A DNA stretch of 64,000 bases from an uncultured Candidatus Saccharibacteria bacterium (GTDB lineage Bacteria > Patescibacteriota > Minisyncoccia > Phycocordibacterales > EsbW-18). Of this stretch, positions 1 to 9,895 are shown piece by piece. The stretch covers positions 1,060-65,059 of the forward strand of contig CAZFMQ010000003.1 in the NCBI GenBank assembly GCA_964520295.1, read 5' to 3'. The position numbers were made by a program, and so were the translations under genes. Within the stretch, counting starts at the first letter, position 1. Every line of letters begins with the position of its first letter. The notes under the pieces were generated by a model, which did no database searches, had not been told where the DNA came from, and was given only the letters and a program-made list of their open reading frames with translations.

Positions 1-873
1 GTTCGCCGCTGTCAAAATTGTTTGCGTAGAGCGATAGTTTTCTTCCAAGGTCACCGTTGTGGTGTTTTTAAAATCTTCTTCAAAGCGAGAGAGATTGCGC
101 ATGTCAGCACTGCGCCATGTGTAAATACATTGGTCATGATCACCGACCACACAAATGTTGCTATGCGCGCCCGCAAGTAATCGCGTCAGTTCGTACTGCA
201 CCGTGTTGGTGTCTTGATACTCATCCACATGAATGTGCGACCAATGATGCTGATAGTATTGCAAAACATCTGCATTATTTTTTAACAACGAGAGTGTTAC
301 CAACAACAGATCGTCAAAATCAAATGCTTTTTCGCGTGCAAGTGCATCTGCATAGCGCTCCCACACAAGCACTGCACTCTGTTCAAAAGGAGAGCGGACG
401 TTCGTACGCACTTCATCAGGTGCACGCCCCTCATTTTTGTTGCGAGAAATAAATGAAAGAAATGACGATGGTGTGTATTGTTTTGGATCAACGCCAATAT
501 CCTTGAGAATGCGCTTGACGGTTGCGAGCGAATCGTCCCTGTCAAAAATAGAGAAGTGTCGCGGAATACGGAGGCGCTCATGATTATCACGCAAAATCTT
601 TACACCAAGTGCATGGAATGTGCCGATAAAAGGAGACGGTTGTCCAAACGGTAATATTTTTTCAAGGCGTTCACGCATTTCACCTGCCGCTTTGTTCGTA
701 AAGGTGATAGCCAAAATTTTCTCCGGCAGTATGCCCGCATCAATAAGATTGGCAATGCGGCGCGTAATAACACGGGTTTTTCCGGTACCTGCGCCTGCGA
801 TGATAAGTAGGGGACCATCATGATGGGATACGGCGCGCTGCTGTGCGGGATTGAGATCATTGAGTGAAGACAT
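1..873 (-). CDS. pcrA: UvrD/PcrA/Rep superfamily 1 DNA helicase, N-terminal part (runs off the window edge)
   Basis: Absent from the ORF track because there is no stop in the window. Manual translation from ATG 873 gives MSSLNDLNPAQQRAVSHHDGPLLIIAGAGTGKTRVIT...ILAITFTNKAAGEMRER, later HVDEYQDTN and VIGDHDQCIYTWRSA (helicase motifs Q, I, Ia, II, III). Confidence 0.93.
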   Translation of the reverse strand, partial: MSSLNDLNPAQQRAVSHHDGPLLIIAGAGTGKTRVITRRIANLIDAGILPEKILAITFTNKAAGEMRERLEKILPFGQPSPFIGTFHALGVKILRDNHERLRIPRHFSIFDRDDSLATVKRILKDIGVDPKQYTPSSFLSFISRNKNEGRAPDEVRTNVRSPFEQSAVLVWERYADALAREKAFDFDDLLLVTLSLLKNNADVLQYYQHHWSHIHVDEYQDTNTVQYELTRLLAGAHSNICVVGDHDQCIYTWRSADMRNLSRFEEDFKNTTTVTLEENYRSTQTILTAAN

Positions 874-943
874 CGTGCGTGCATCATACCACGCTTAGTA
901 ACCGAACCACTCGATACACTGCACGGTCTGGTATGATTGCCGT

Positions 944-1741
944 ATGTCTGCAAAAAAACACCTCGGACAAAATTTTCTCAAATCAAAAGCCGCCATTGCA
1001 CGTATGGTTGAAGCTGGTGCGGTACATGCCAACGATATCGTGCTTGAAATAGGTCCGGGGAAGGGCGCGCTGACAAAAGCACTGTTAGCTACAGGAGCAC
1101 ACGTTGTTGCTGTTGAAAAAGATGTCGATCTCATACCGCTTTTGCAAGAAAAGTTTGCACACGAAATTGCCACACAACAACTAGAACTTATTGAAGGTGA
1201 TGTACTCTCGTTTGATCCTGCACGGCACGCAACAACCACACACGGCTACAAACTCATTGCAAACATTCCGTACTACATCACTGGGGAACTTTTGGAATAC
1301 TTTTTAGCACACACCCACCAACCAGAGCGTGCTGTGCTCTTAGTACAAAAAGAAGTTGCCCAACGCATTGTCGCACGCGATGAGCGCGAAAGTATTCTCT
1401 CATTGTCGGTGAAAGTATTTGGCACACCCAAACTCGTTATGACGGTGTCAAAAAAATATTTCTCTCCTGCGCCTAAAGTCGATTCTGCAATTTTATGCAT
1501 CACCGATATATCACGAGAAAATTTTGCACACATACACGAACGTGATTTTTTCACGATTGTAAAAGCGGGATTTGCACACAAACGAAAAGTGCTCTCCTCA
1601 AATCTCTCACACCTTTTCACAAAAGAAGCATTGGAACACTTTTTAAAAACGCACGGACACGATGTACGTGTCCGTGCGGAAGAACTTTCACTTTCAGATT
1701 GGCTCGCACTTAGTACAATGTTGAACCAACATTCAAAATAG
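944..1741 (+). CDS. rsmA: 16S rRNA m6,2A dimethyltransferase RsmA/KsgA
   Basis: KKHLGQNFL, LEIGPGKGALT, ANIPYYIT and PAPKVDSA motifs. Confidence 0.96.
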   Translation: MSAKKHLGQNFLKSKAAIARMVEAGAVHANDIVLEIGPGKGALTKALLATGAHVVAVEKDVDLIPLLQEKFAHEIATQQLELIEGDVLSFDPARHATTTHGYKLIANIPYYITGELLEYFLAHTHQPERAVLLVQKEVAQRIVARDERESILSLSVKVFGTPKLVMTVSKKYFSPAPKVDSAILCITDISRENFAHIHERDFFTIVKAGFAHKRKVLSSNLSHLFTKEALEHFLKTHGHDVRVRAEELSLSDWLALSTMLNQHSK

Positions 1742-2183
1742 CTCCTTGTGCCTGACCATAATAAGTGCATGGTGGAGTCCCTGTAAATGCCCAACAAGGA
1801 TAGCCGCCCGGAAAATAATTTCCCAACAAGGTGTGCTCACCCGTCCAAAATACTCCACACCACAAATATGCAGTAGGTACCGGCACCTCTTCAGGTAAAA
1901 ATTCAGACAACAAGTCGGCGGCCCACACATACAACAGATTCATCTCTTGTTGTCCCTGTCGGCGCATTGCTGGTGTCGGTGATATCGTCACCATAATAGA
2001 ACCTGAGCATACACAGTTATATACAATATATGTTGGATATCCCGCAAAGGGAATAAATAACTGCGCGTTAGATTCTTTAGGTTGTACAAACCACACAGAA
2101 GCTGCGACCGCCACCCCCGCACACATCACCAACATTGCAACCGCTCCCTCTTTGTATTTTTTTATGAATGTATGTACAAACAT
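1710..2183 (-). CDS. Hypothetical exported Cys/Pro/Gly-rich protein
   Basis: N-terminal hydrophobic segment, several Cys; 6 nt downstream of the peptidoglycan-binding gene on the same strand. Confidence 0.6.
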   Translation of the reverse strand: MFVHTFIKKYKEGAVAMLVMCAGVAVAASVWFVQPKESNAQLFIPFAGYPTYIVYNCVCSGSIMVTISPTPAMRRQGQQEMNLLYVWAADLLSEFLPEEVPVPTAYLWCGVFWTGEHTLLGNYFPGGYPCWAFTGTPPCTYYGQAQGAILNVGSTLY

Positions 2184-2189
2184 TTGATT

Positions 2190-2981
2190 CTAAAAGATAT
2201 CACCGCTGAATAAGAGATCGAACAAAATATCTATACAACCACCACCGCCATCACCACTACTACCACCAGAACTTTGTTGTTTGCGAGTTTTACACTCGTA
2301 ATCGTCATCCGCACACGCACCTGTTCCGGGACCATTTGGATTATCACCATCTGGGTCTTGTTCTTGTGGATTTTGTTCCCGCTGAGCTGGTTGATACTCC
2401 ATTCCTTGGCTGGCAAACATCATTGTACGAGAAAATTCCTCAATGACATCTTCGGTAATCTGCCCGCCCCCCGCAAAATCCTTCAATTGTTCAACGAGTT
2501 CTGTCCTTGTAGAGGGGATTATATCTTTTATTGGCTCTGCTGAGGCGTATTTTGATTCTTGAGCTTTTTGAAAATCATCGAGATTTTCATCTACACCTTC
2601 AGGATCATTAGAAATCACTGTGGTTAAGCCGTGTACAGCACTTTTTGCCATCATAAAGCCCCTTGTGCCCGCTCCAAAGAAGCCGGTACCCATAAAAAGC
2701 CCTAATGGAGTCAGTATTTCGGCACGGTAGAGCTCTTGATACCGTCGTACTGCATCAGCGGTAAGTGCACCATAGTATGTGGTCTCAAAACCGCTTGCGC
2801 CGTCACCTGCAACGGCAACGCGCGTACGTGTGTCAGCGTTGAGCACCTTTTGCAGCTCACGCACATCCTCGCCCACAGAACCAACGGAAAGGTCGCGTGA
2901 AAATGAATATGCAAAAACTGAAGAAACACACACAAACGAAAGAAAAGATATACACAGAAATCTGAAAAAAGAAGTGCGCAT
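2190..2981 (-). CDS. Exported peptidoglycan-binding-domain protein
   Basis: Signal peptide then FSRDLSVGSVGEDVRELQKVLN...YYGALTADAVRRYQ (PG_binding-like). Start moved to ATG 2981, just after an extended -10 (cgTTATACT). Confidence 0.75.
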   Translation of the reverse strand: MRTSFFRFLCISFLSFVCVSSVFAYSFSRDLSVGSVGEDVRELQKVLNADTRTRVAVAGDGASGFETTYYGALTADAVRRYQELYRAEILTPLGLFMGTGFFGAGTRGFMMAKSAVHGLTTVISNDPEGVDENLDDFQKAQESKYASAEPIKDIIPSTRTELVEQLKDFAGGGQITEDVIEEFSRTMMFASQGMEYQPAQREQNPQEQDPDGDNPNGPGTGACADDDYECKTRKQQSSGGSSGDGGGGCIDILFDLLFSGDIF

Positions 2982-3041
2982 GTATACAGTATAACGTAAA
3001 ATGGAAGCAACGTATTCTGCACCTGTGCAGAACGGGGTTGT

Positions 3042-4019
3042 ATGGATTTCACTCACGTTAAACCAAGCAAGAAAATCGTCGCACTCGGCATCATTGTGGG
3101 GGCAATTGTCATCGCAGTACTAGTCGGCAAGATTCAGTCCACACACATGGGCACTACACCGGTATTTACCGCCACTGCTCGTGAGCAGGTAGAAGAAACG
3201 GACACTGATGGTGATGGTTTGCCCGACTGGCAAGAAAAGTTGTGGGGGATGAGCGCTCACAATGCCGATTCAGATGGTGATGGGATCAATGATGCTGAAG
3301 AAGTAGCACGCACCCAGCAACAACAAATTGCCGACCGACAAACATTTGCCGACATCATTGATCCAACAACCAATCCTGAATGGAATTCAATGTCATACAC
3401 CGGACAAGTGAGCGGTTTAGTACTTTCTGACTACCTCACACTCAAACAGAGTGGAAAAACAATAACAGAGAATGACGTCATCGCGCTCATTGAAAATCTC
3501 CCGAGCTACGAGCAACCGGAGCGACCGCAGGCACGCCTCTATACGCGTGCAGACATCACCACCACAAATGAAACGGGTGATGGGGCATTGCGTGCGTACG
3601 GCAATAGTGTTGGCGCTGCACTCAAGCAAGGTGGTACTGCAAAAAATGAACTCTCTGTACTTGTTGCATTTATGGACAATGGGAATGACGCACAATTTGC
3701 ACAAGATGTACAAACAATCATTGCCCAATACACAAGCACCATACAAGCACTTCTTGTAGTACCGACCCCTCAAGATGTTGTAGAAGAGCACCTTGCAATC
3801 ATAAACGCACTCTCATTGCTCGTCAGCGATTTTCAATCATTTAATAGTTTCGGGAAAGATCCGTTCCTCGCGCTCTCAGTATTTCAATCATACAACAACG
3901 ACACTGCGGGACGCGGAACAGCATTTGATGCATTACGCACTGTTTTACGAAACGCCGACATCCAATACACGCAGACCGACCCGGGATTCATTTTATTTGA
4001 TACCATAACAACATCATGA
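3042..4019 (+). CDS. Membrane-anchored protein with DxDxDG Ca-binding (TSP3-like) repeats; first gene of the T4SS-like cluster
   Basis: N-terminal TM helix; DTDGDGLPDWQE and DSDGDGINDAEE; ATGA overlap with the next gene. Confidence 0.7.
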   Translation: MDFTHVKPSKKIVALGIIVGAIVIAVLVGKIQSTHMGTTPVFTATAREQVEETDTDGDGLPDWQEKLWGMSAHNADSDGDGINDAEEVARTQQQQIADRQTFADIIDPTTNPEWNSMSYTGQVSGLVLSDYLTLKQSGKTITENDVIALIENLPSYEQPERPQARLYTRADITTTNETGDGALRAYGNSVGAALKQGGTAKNELSVLVAFMDNGNDAQFAQDVQTIIAQYTSTIQALLVVPTPQDVVEEHLAIINALSLLVSDFQSFNSFGKDPFLALSVFQSYNNDTAGRGTAFDALRTVLRNADIQYTQTDPGFILFDTITTS

Positions 4020-5791
4020 TTTTTGGTGCCCCAACAACAGTACGCAAGACACTCACCACACTGCTACTCAGTGTAGTCCTGGGTGGTGTCTTCCTGATGG
4101 TTAGTCCGACACCTCTCTATGCACAAACCGCAGAAACGCAAGATCCCTACTACGATGGACCGTCGTTTGATGAATTATTTGAAAAATATGCTGAACGCTG
4201 TGCAAAAGAGGTATTGATTGAGTTAATCATAAGCGCCATTGCATCTATGGCATCGGGCTCAGTGCCCACAAACGATTGGGCGACCAACATGAAAGAGGCG
4301 ATTGGTGACTGTTTTGTATCTGCAACTAAAAACGCACTCCTTGAATTAATTACGGGGCAAGCGGTGGGGTGGGCGCAAAAAGGGTATGGTGGTAATCCAG
4401 GATGGGTATCAAACATTGGTCAGTTTCTCGCCAATGTTGCAGACCAAGCCGCGGGTGCGTACATTGACCAGACAACCGCGGGGGATTTTCTGTGTTCACC
4501 ATTCAGATTGGACATTCAGTTAGCGCTTACGCAATATCACCGCGCAAGCTCTGGGAGAGGATTCGGTGTCGGTCAACAATCAAGCTGTACACTCTCAGGT
4601 ATTACCGACAATATCCAAGGGTTCTTGGATGGGGATTTCTATGCAGGTGGTTGGGATGCATGGATTGAAATGTCTGCAAATCCATACAACACACCATATG
4701 GTTCATACTTAGCACTTTCAGGTGGGTTAGAGCAAGCGGTTAAGGCAAAAAAAAGTGAGGCGGGCACAAAACTCGGTTTTGCTAGTGGCTATCTCAGCAA
4801 AGAAGTTCAACAGTGTTATGGCTATGATGCATCGGGCAACCGCACACCTATTGATGACTCCGAAATTGGGGGTGGTGAATATGAATCTTACGAATGTGAC
4901 GAACCACAGACAGTAACGCCGGGTGCGACCATCAAAGCAAACCTTGAAAGAACATTCGGAGCAAAGCTAGACAGCATCATAGAAGCAGATGAGATTAACG
5001 AAATCATTGATTTAGTGGCAGCATACTTATTGACTGAAGCACTAACGGATGAGGGAGGTCTTTCGGGTTATGATTACGCAGCACAGTTTGACCAGCCACT
5101 TCTTGATGACACGTGGGGAGATACTATTGATGATTTGCCACAAGGTGGAGGGGGTGGCCAGTGTACGCCAACAAGCCCTACACCTGGACGATCTGGTTCA
5201 CCTATCACCCACACACCAAATCCAGTTACAACGGTATTGGGTGCCAACATACCACTTCCATCAGGGAAACAGTGGGGCGCTTATGAAAGTGTTACTGCCA
5301 CGTTTGATGTAACCATTGGCGATTGGGGTAATGAAGGTGATCAATACAATATTTTCTGGCTCAACCGTGGAGGCGAGGCGTGGGGTGGTGGTGCAAACCG
5401 CGTTATAGAGCTAACAGCAGTACGTCGGGGCAACAACAATGTAAATCTCCGTGCAACAACACAAGTAGATAGCTGTGACAAAGGTCAAAAATCAGCAGAA
5501 ATTCCCCTTCAAACTGGGCAGACCTATAGTTTCACCGTTGACTATGAACCAAATGAGGGGCGCGTTACCATCACCGTACATCAAGCAAATGGCAATCAAA
5601 TATTCCGCACAGTACTTGTACCACCTGGGGTGCAGGAAAACCCACCAATAACCTTCCTCTCAAGTACGAATGCAGACAATCAAACAGGCTACTACTTACA
5701 ACTGGGGGCTGCGGGAAGTGTGCAGGGTAATGAGGGGCGCACCGAAGGATGGAGATGGAGTAAAATCAATATTTGGTTCAATCCATTATGA
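4016..5791 (+). CDS. Large exported protein (helical Cys-containing N-domain, Gly/Pro/Thr linker, beta-rich C-domain)
   Basis: 591 aa ORF with signal peptide and GGGGGQCTPTSPTPG linker; translationally coupled on both sides. Confidence 0.7.
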   Translation: MIFGAPTTVRKTLTTLLLSVVLGGVFLMVSPTPLYAQTAETQDPYYDGPSFDELFEKYAERCAKEVLIELIISAIASMASGSVPTNDWATNMKEAIGDCFVSATKNALLELITGQAVGWAQKGYGGNPGWVSNIGQFLANVADQAAGAYIDQTTAGDFLCSPFRLDIQLALTQYHRASSGRGFGVGQQSSCTLSGITDNIQGFLDGDFYAGGWDAWIEMSANPYNTPYGSYLALSGGLEQAVKAKKSEAGTKLGFASGYLSKEVQQCYGYDASGNRTPIDDSEIGGGEYESYECDEPQTVTPGATIKANLERTFGAKLDSIIEADEINEIIDLVAAYLLTEALTDEGGLSGYDYAAQFDQPLLDDTWGDTIDDLPQGGGGGQCTPTSPTPGRSGSPITHTPNPVTTVLGANIPLPSGKQWGAYESVTATFDVTIGDWGNEGDQYNIFWLNRGGEAWGGGANRVIELTAVRRGNNNVNLRATTQVDSCDKGQKSAEIPLQTGQTYSFTVDYEPNEGRVTITVHQANGNQIFRTVLVPPGVQENPPITFLSSTNADNQTGYYLQLGAAGSVQGNEGRTEGWRWSKINIWFNPL

Positions 5792-7869
5792 TCACATGGC
5801 TTAAAAAAAACCTGAAGTACATCATTCCAACAGTGTTTGTGGTGTTGTGTTTTGTGGTGCCACAATATACGGAAGCTGCCTGTTTTTGGCCAACAAAAGA
5901 ATGTATTCAGGGTTCTTTTGAGGAAGGTTTTATAACACTCTTGAATGGTTTTTTATATGTTTTTGGACTCCTACTCTCACTAGCAGGTCTTCTTCTTGAG
6001 GGTGTTATACAACTCACGATTGTAAATGCACGCAATATTATTATGGGGGATGGAACACTTCCAGGGCTCCAATCAATCGATCTCGCATGGCGCACTATTC
6101 GCGACGTCATCAACATCCTCTTTGTGTTTGTATTGCTCTATATCTCCATCAATATCATCCTTGATTCCTGGGGCAATAGTAGCTACAACAAATCACTTAT
6201 TCCAAAAGTGATTATCGCCGCACTCCTCATCAACTTCAGTTTATTTTTCACCAAAGTGGTATTTGATATCTCAAACGTCATCACATTTGAGTTTTATAAA
6301 ACAGCAGCAACACTGCATTCTGCACCAGCAGATCCAACTGATCCAAATTCAATACAGGTGCCCTTGACGGGCATCTCGGCGGCAATAATGGATGGGTTAC
6401 GCATGAGCGAGATTGTAAATGACGAGGGCAAAACAACGGAAACTGCGAAGGGGGTGTCGGGTACGTATGCTCTATTTGCGACCGTTTTGGGCATAATCAC
6501 TATTCTTGTTGCGACGTCTATTTTTATAGTCATGGCGGTCATGCTCCTTGCTCGCTTTATTGTATTTATTGCGTTGATGATTACATCGCCAATCGCATTT
6601 TTAGGCCCATTATTCCCCGCATTAAAGTCACACGCAGATCAATGGCAAAAAGCACTTATTAGTCAAGCAACCTTTGCACCGATCTTTTTCATAATGATAC
6701 TTGTGGTTGTCCTTATTATTTCAGATCCCAGTTTTGAAACAGCGCTACAAGTACAGACAGGCACCGGTGGTACAACTGCCGCAGGATATCTGGGGGGGTT
6801 ACTTAATGTTATCGTTCAATATGCAATCGTTGTTGGTTTATTGATTATCGCATTGGTTGTCTCGAAACAAACCGCAAACCAAACAGGCGATGCATTCAAA
6901 AACCTTGTGGGCAAGATTTCAGGTGGTGCCGCATTTGTGGGACGCAATACTGTTGGTCGCGCAGCAAACCGCGTCGTAAACTCTGCCGCAGTTGGCAACC
7001 TCACCAACAGCAATAATGCCCTGGCAAAAGGGGTGGGGCGCAGTTTGGTCTTTACGGGAGACAAAGTTCGCAGGTCTTCATTTAATGCACTGGGTGGTAA
7101 TCGCGTCGCAAATACACTGGGTGTGGAAACAAAGGAGTACGGTAAGGTAGGCACGCCTGGTGGTTTTGTACAGGCACGTGAGACATGGAATAAGAACCGT
7201 ACAGAGGAGGCCAAAAAGCGTGGTGGGTTGTACGCAGACACTAAAGCTCGAGCTACGCTACGCGATCAAATCAAGAATGCAAAAGATCAGGATGAGAAAC
7301 GAAGGGCACAAGATGCGCTTGCTTTGATGGATGGAAAATTAACACAGGCACAGAAAGATCTCTTAGAATCAAGTAAAAAACTTGACGCGACGCAGCGTGC
7401 AGAAGCTGAAGCAAAACAAAAAGCCATTGATGTTCAAAAGAAACAGACGGAGGAATTGGAGCGTGATATACAATTGGAAACAAATGATGAAAAACGAAAA
7501 CTTCTTGAGAGAAAGAAAGTGATTCTCGAGCGAGAAATCCAACTGGCTGAATCCGATGAAAACCTCAGTGCAGATCAAAAAGATTATCTCAAAAAGAAGA
7601 GTGGGGTTTCTGACATACGAAAAACAATGGAAGGTGCGAATAATCAGGCGGGTCGCGCAATTGGAGAAGAATTTGTAACTAGCCAGTTCCGTGGCAATCG
7701 TGCCGCCGCAGAAGAACTTTTGAAAGGAAAGGATCGGACTGATAAGGAAATAGCGGAGGAGGTGCGACGAGAAATGAAGAAACTTAACCGCAAAGCACGG
7801 ACACAAATAGAAAATGAAGAGCGACTCACAAACCCAAACCAGCCACCTAAACCAAATTTGCCTCAATAA
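5788..7869 (+). CDS. VirB6/TrbL-like polytopic membrane protein with a charged coiled-coil C-terminus
   Basis: About 8 hydrophobic helices, WRTIRDVINILF and KVIIAALLINFSLF segments; lies in a virB4/prgI context. Confidence 0.65.
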   Translation: MITWLKKNLKYIIPTVFVVLCFVVPQYTEAACFWPTKECIQGSFEEGFITLLNGFLYVFGLLLSLAGLLLEGVIQLTIVNARNIIMGDGTLPGLQSIDLAWRTIRDVINILFVFVLLYISINIILDSWGNSSYNKSLIPKVIIAALLINFSLFFTKVVFDISNVITFEFYKTAATLHSAPADPTDPNSIQVPLTGISAAIMDGLRMSEIVNDEGKTTETAKGVSGTYALFATVLGIITILVATSIFIVMAVMLLARFIVFIALMITSPIAFLGPLFPALKSHADQWQKALISQATFAPIFFIMILVVVLIISDPSFETALQVQTGTGGTTAAGYLGGLLNVIVQYAIVVGLLIIALVVSKQTANQTGDAFKNLVGKISGGAAFVGRNTVGRAANRVVNSAAVGNLTNSNNALAKGVGRSLVFTGDKVRRSSFNALGGNRVANTLGVETKEYGKVGTPGGFVQARETWNKNRTEEAKKRGGLYADTKARATLRDQIKNAKDQDEKRRAQDALALMDGKLTQAQKDLLESSKKLDATQRAEAEAKQKAIDVQKKQTEELERDIQLETNDEKRKLLERKKVILEREIQLAESDENLSADQKDYLKKKSGVSDIRKTMEGANNQAGRAIGEEFVTSQFRGNRAAAEELLKGKDRTDKEIAEEVRREMKKLNRKARTQIENEERLTNPNQPPKPNLPQ

Positions 7870-7881
7870 AAAATTTATATC

Positions 7882-8571
7882 ATGCTTTCTGATTCATCAA
7901 AACAAGTAATTCGGGATCGGGTTGCAGCAATGCCTGAGCGCGTGCGCGAGGCATTGGAGCACATTGATACAGCGAAGTATCTCTCGGTTCTCGCAAGCAA
8001 ATACAATCTTCGCACCGATGAGGCACAAACTCTTGAAAATGAAATAATGATTGTGATGCTTGGTTTGGAAAAACCCGAAGCATTTATTCACCACCTCACA
8101 AAAGCGGGTATTTCAAAAGAAACCGCTGCAGGACTTGTGGCGGACGTGAATCGTGATGTGTTTGAAAAAATCAGACATGATTTGATGGAGTTTTTGCAAA
8201 AAACTGGTGCAGGCACTGATGAAGACATTGATATGAGTGAGTCGCCAATCTCTAAACTTGAACGTGAGGAGGCGGAGCAAGAAAAAGCGGAATCGTCTGA
8301 ACCAGCACCTGCAGTCATCATGCCGAAGGTGGAAGAAATCACACCAACGCATACAGAGGCGACACCTCCCGTTGAAAGCGTGGCTCCCACAGAACAAAGT
8401 GCACCAGCATCTGCTTCTGTAGCTTCTACACCCACACAGAACCAATCTCAAACAACGCCAGCACCAACACTTGCAAACGATTTTGCAAAAACACGCATGG
8501 AACAAACAGTACACATGCCCGACGCTAAAAAATATTCTGGCGTAGATCCGTATAGGGAACCAATACAGTAA
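7882..8571 (+). CDS. Hypothetical protein (helical N-domain, Pro/Thr/Glu linker, C-terminal DPYREP motif)
   Basis: 229 aa ORF, 12 nt after the VirB6-like gene. Confidence 0.7.
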   Translation: MLSDSSKQVIRDRVAAMPERVREALEHIDTAKYLSVLASKYNLRTDEAQTLENEIMIVMLGLEKPEAFIHHLTKAGISKETAAGLVADVNRDVFEKIRHDLMEFLQKTGAGTDEDIDMSESPISKLEREEAEQEKAESSEPAPAVIMPKVEEITPTHTEATPPVESVAPTEQSAPASASVASTPTQNQSQTTPAPTLANDFAKTRMEQTVHMPDAKKYSGVDPYREPIQ

Positions 8572-8645
8572 AGGGGGTGGGGGAAGCGCCAATAGCGCTT
8601 CGGGCGCTCATGCTACATGCTATGTGATTTCTGGTATGTGAACCA

Positions 8646-9065
8646 CTACTGTTGCTGTTCTGAATACAATGAGTCGTGCACATCCAAACTCCACGCGAGA
8701 TCACGAAGCTTACTGTCAGAAAGACGTGGCACCGTCACTGCCGTAGCCGCACCAGTCGTTTCCTGAGCACTACTTGTTGCTTTGCGAGGTTCCTTTTTCC
8801 AAATATACAGTTTCTTAGAGAGGAAAAATTTTAGTGCCGTTTCAAGAAAGCCCACGAACGGGCGGTCGTTTACCTTATAGAAGGCGAGCGCAAAACCGAG
8901 GCCCGCAACACCTGCAATCAGAAGAACGGCAAGTATTTTTGGAATAAAAAACCAAATAACAACAGACAAACCTGCCGCACCCGCAAGATAGATAAACTGT
9001 TTGAACGTCAGCGGTCCAAATACCTTGTCCTCTATATCAATGAATTGTGGTACTTCAAATTTCAC
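8646..9065 (-). CDS. PrgI family (VirB3-like) membrane protein
   Basis: KFEVPQFIDIEDKVFGPLTFKQF followed by two TM helices and KVNDRPF. GTG start at 9065 after an extended -10 (TGCTATGAT). Confidence 0.8.
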   Translation of the reverse strand: MKFEVPQFIDIEDKVFGPLTFKQFIYLAGAAGLSVVIWFFIPKILAVLLIAGVAGLGFALAFYKVNDRPFVGFLETALKFFLSKKLYIWKKEPRKATSSAQETTGAATAVTVPRLSDSKLRDLAWSLDVHDSLYSEQQQ

Positions 9066-9140
9066 GGTAGTAAAAGGTATATACATCATAGCACGTAGCA
9101 CATAGCAAAAAACACTTAGGGTTCAAACCTTGAATGCTTT

Positions 9141-9174
9141 AGAGACCGAATCCCCAATTGGGGATTCGGTCTCT
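9141..9174. repeat. Perfect 34-bp palindrome between divergent genes
   Basis: agagaccgaatcccc-aatt-ggggattcggtctct is its own reverse complement. Confidence 0.9.
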
Positions 9175-9228
9175 TTGTTACACAGTACACGCTACACACT
9201 ATATGTTCCGTGATACAATATACGCTGT

Positions 9229-9888
9229 ATGGCAGCGCCTAAGGCACAAAGTACACAAGCATTTGTTCCTATTAAAGAAATCCGCAGCGGCATCGTCATT
9301 CTCAAAGACGGTTCTATGCGCTCGGTACTCTTGTGCTCCTCACTAAACTTCGCACTCAAATCAGAAGATGAACAGCAGGCAATCATTATGCAGTTCCAAA
9401 ACCTGCTGAACTCGGTGGAATTTCCTATACAAATCATGATTCAGTCGCGCGAGCTGGACATCCGCCCCTACATCGCGCTCCTTGAAGCACAAATAAAAGA
9501 GCAAACCCTTGAACTCATTAAAATACAAACGCGCGAATACATTGAGTTTGTGCGCGGATTTACCGAACAACAGAACATCATGTCTAAGAACTTTTTTGTA
9601 GTAGTACCGTATTCACCCGCGGTTATTTCTGCTGCACAGGGTGGTGTCAAAGGCGCCCTCGGCAACATACTTCCTGGAAAACAAAAAGATAATCCTGAAC
9701 AAAAAATAATTGCATTTGAAGAACACCGCAGCCAGTTAGAACAACGCATCGGCATCGTGTCGCAGAACCTTGCGCGAACCGGTATTCGTGCGGTGCAGTT
9801 GCAAACAGAGGAGTTGGTGGAGTTATACTATAAATTATTCAACCCGGGTGATTCTGAAAAACCAATTGCACTCTCTGCCATCAAATAA
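9229..9888 (+). CDS. TraC/VirB4 N-terminal-like partner protein
   Basis: STQAFVPIKEIRSGIVILKDG...SLNFALKSEDEQ; lies directly upstream of the VirB4-like ATPase. Confidence 0.7.
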   Translation: MAAPKAQSTQAFVPIKEIRSGIVILKDGSMRSVLLCSSLNFALKSEDEQQAIIMQFQNLLNSVEFPIQIMIQSRELDIRPYIALLEAQIKEQTLELIKIQTREYIEFVRGFTEQQNIMSKNFFVVVPYSPAVISAAQGGVKGALGNILPGKQKDNPEQKIIAFEEHRSQLEQRIGIVSQNLARTGIRAVQLQTEELVELYYKLFNPGDSEKPIALSAIK

Positions 9889-9895
9889 CGAACGT

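Noticed and set aside
117-953. Short ORFs listed in the track at the window start
   Set aside because: They are shadows of the pcrA/uvrD frame (873 to the edge, minus strand), which the track missed for lack of a stop codon.
9770-9895. N-terminal extensions of virB4 and, similarly, of dnaA (16440), lexA (48112), dsbB (48615) and pilB (51439)
   Set aside because: They overlap upstream genes or promoters; downstream starts fit the motifs and -10 positions better.
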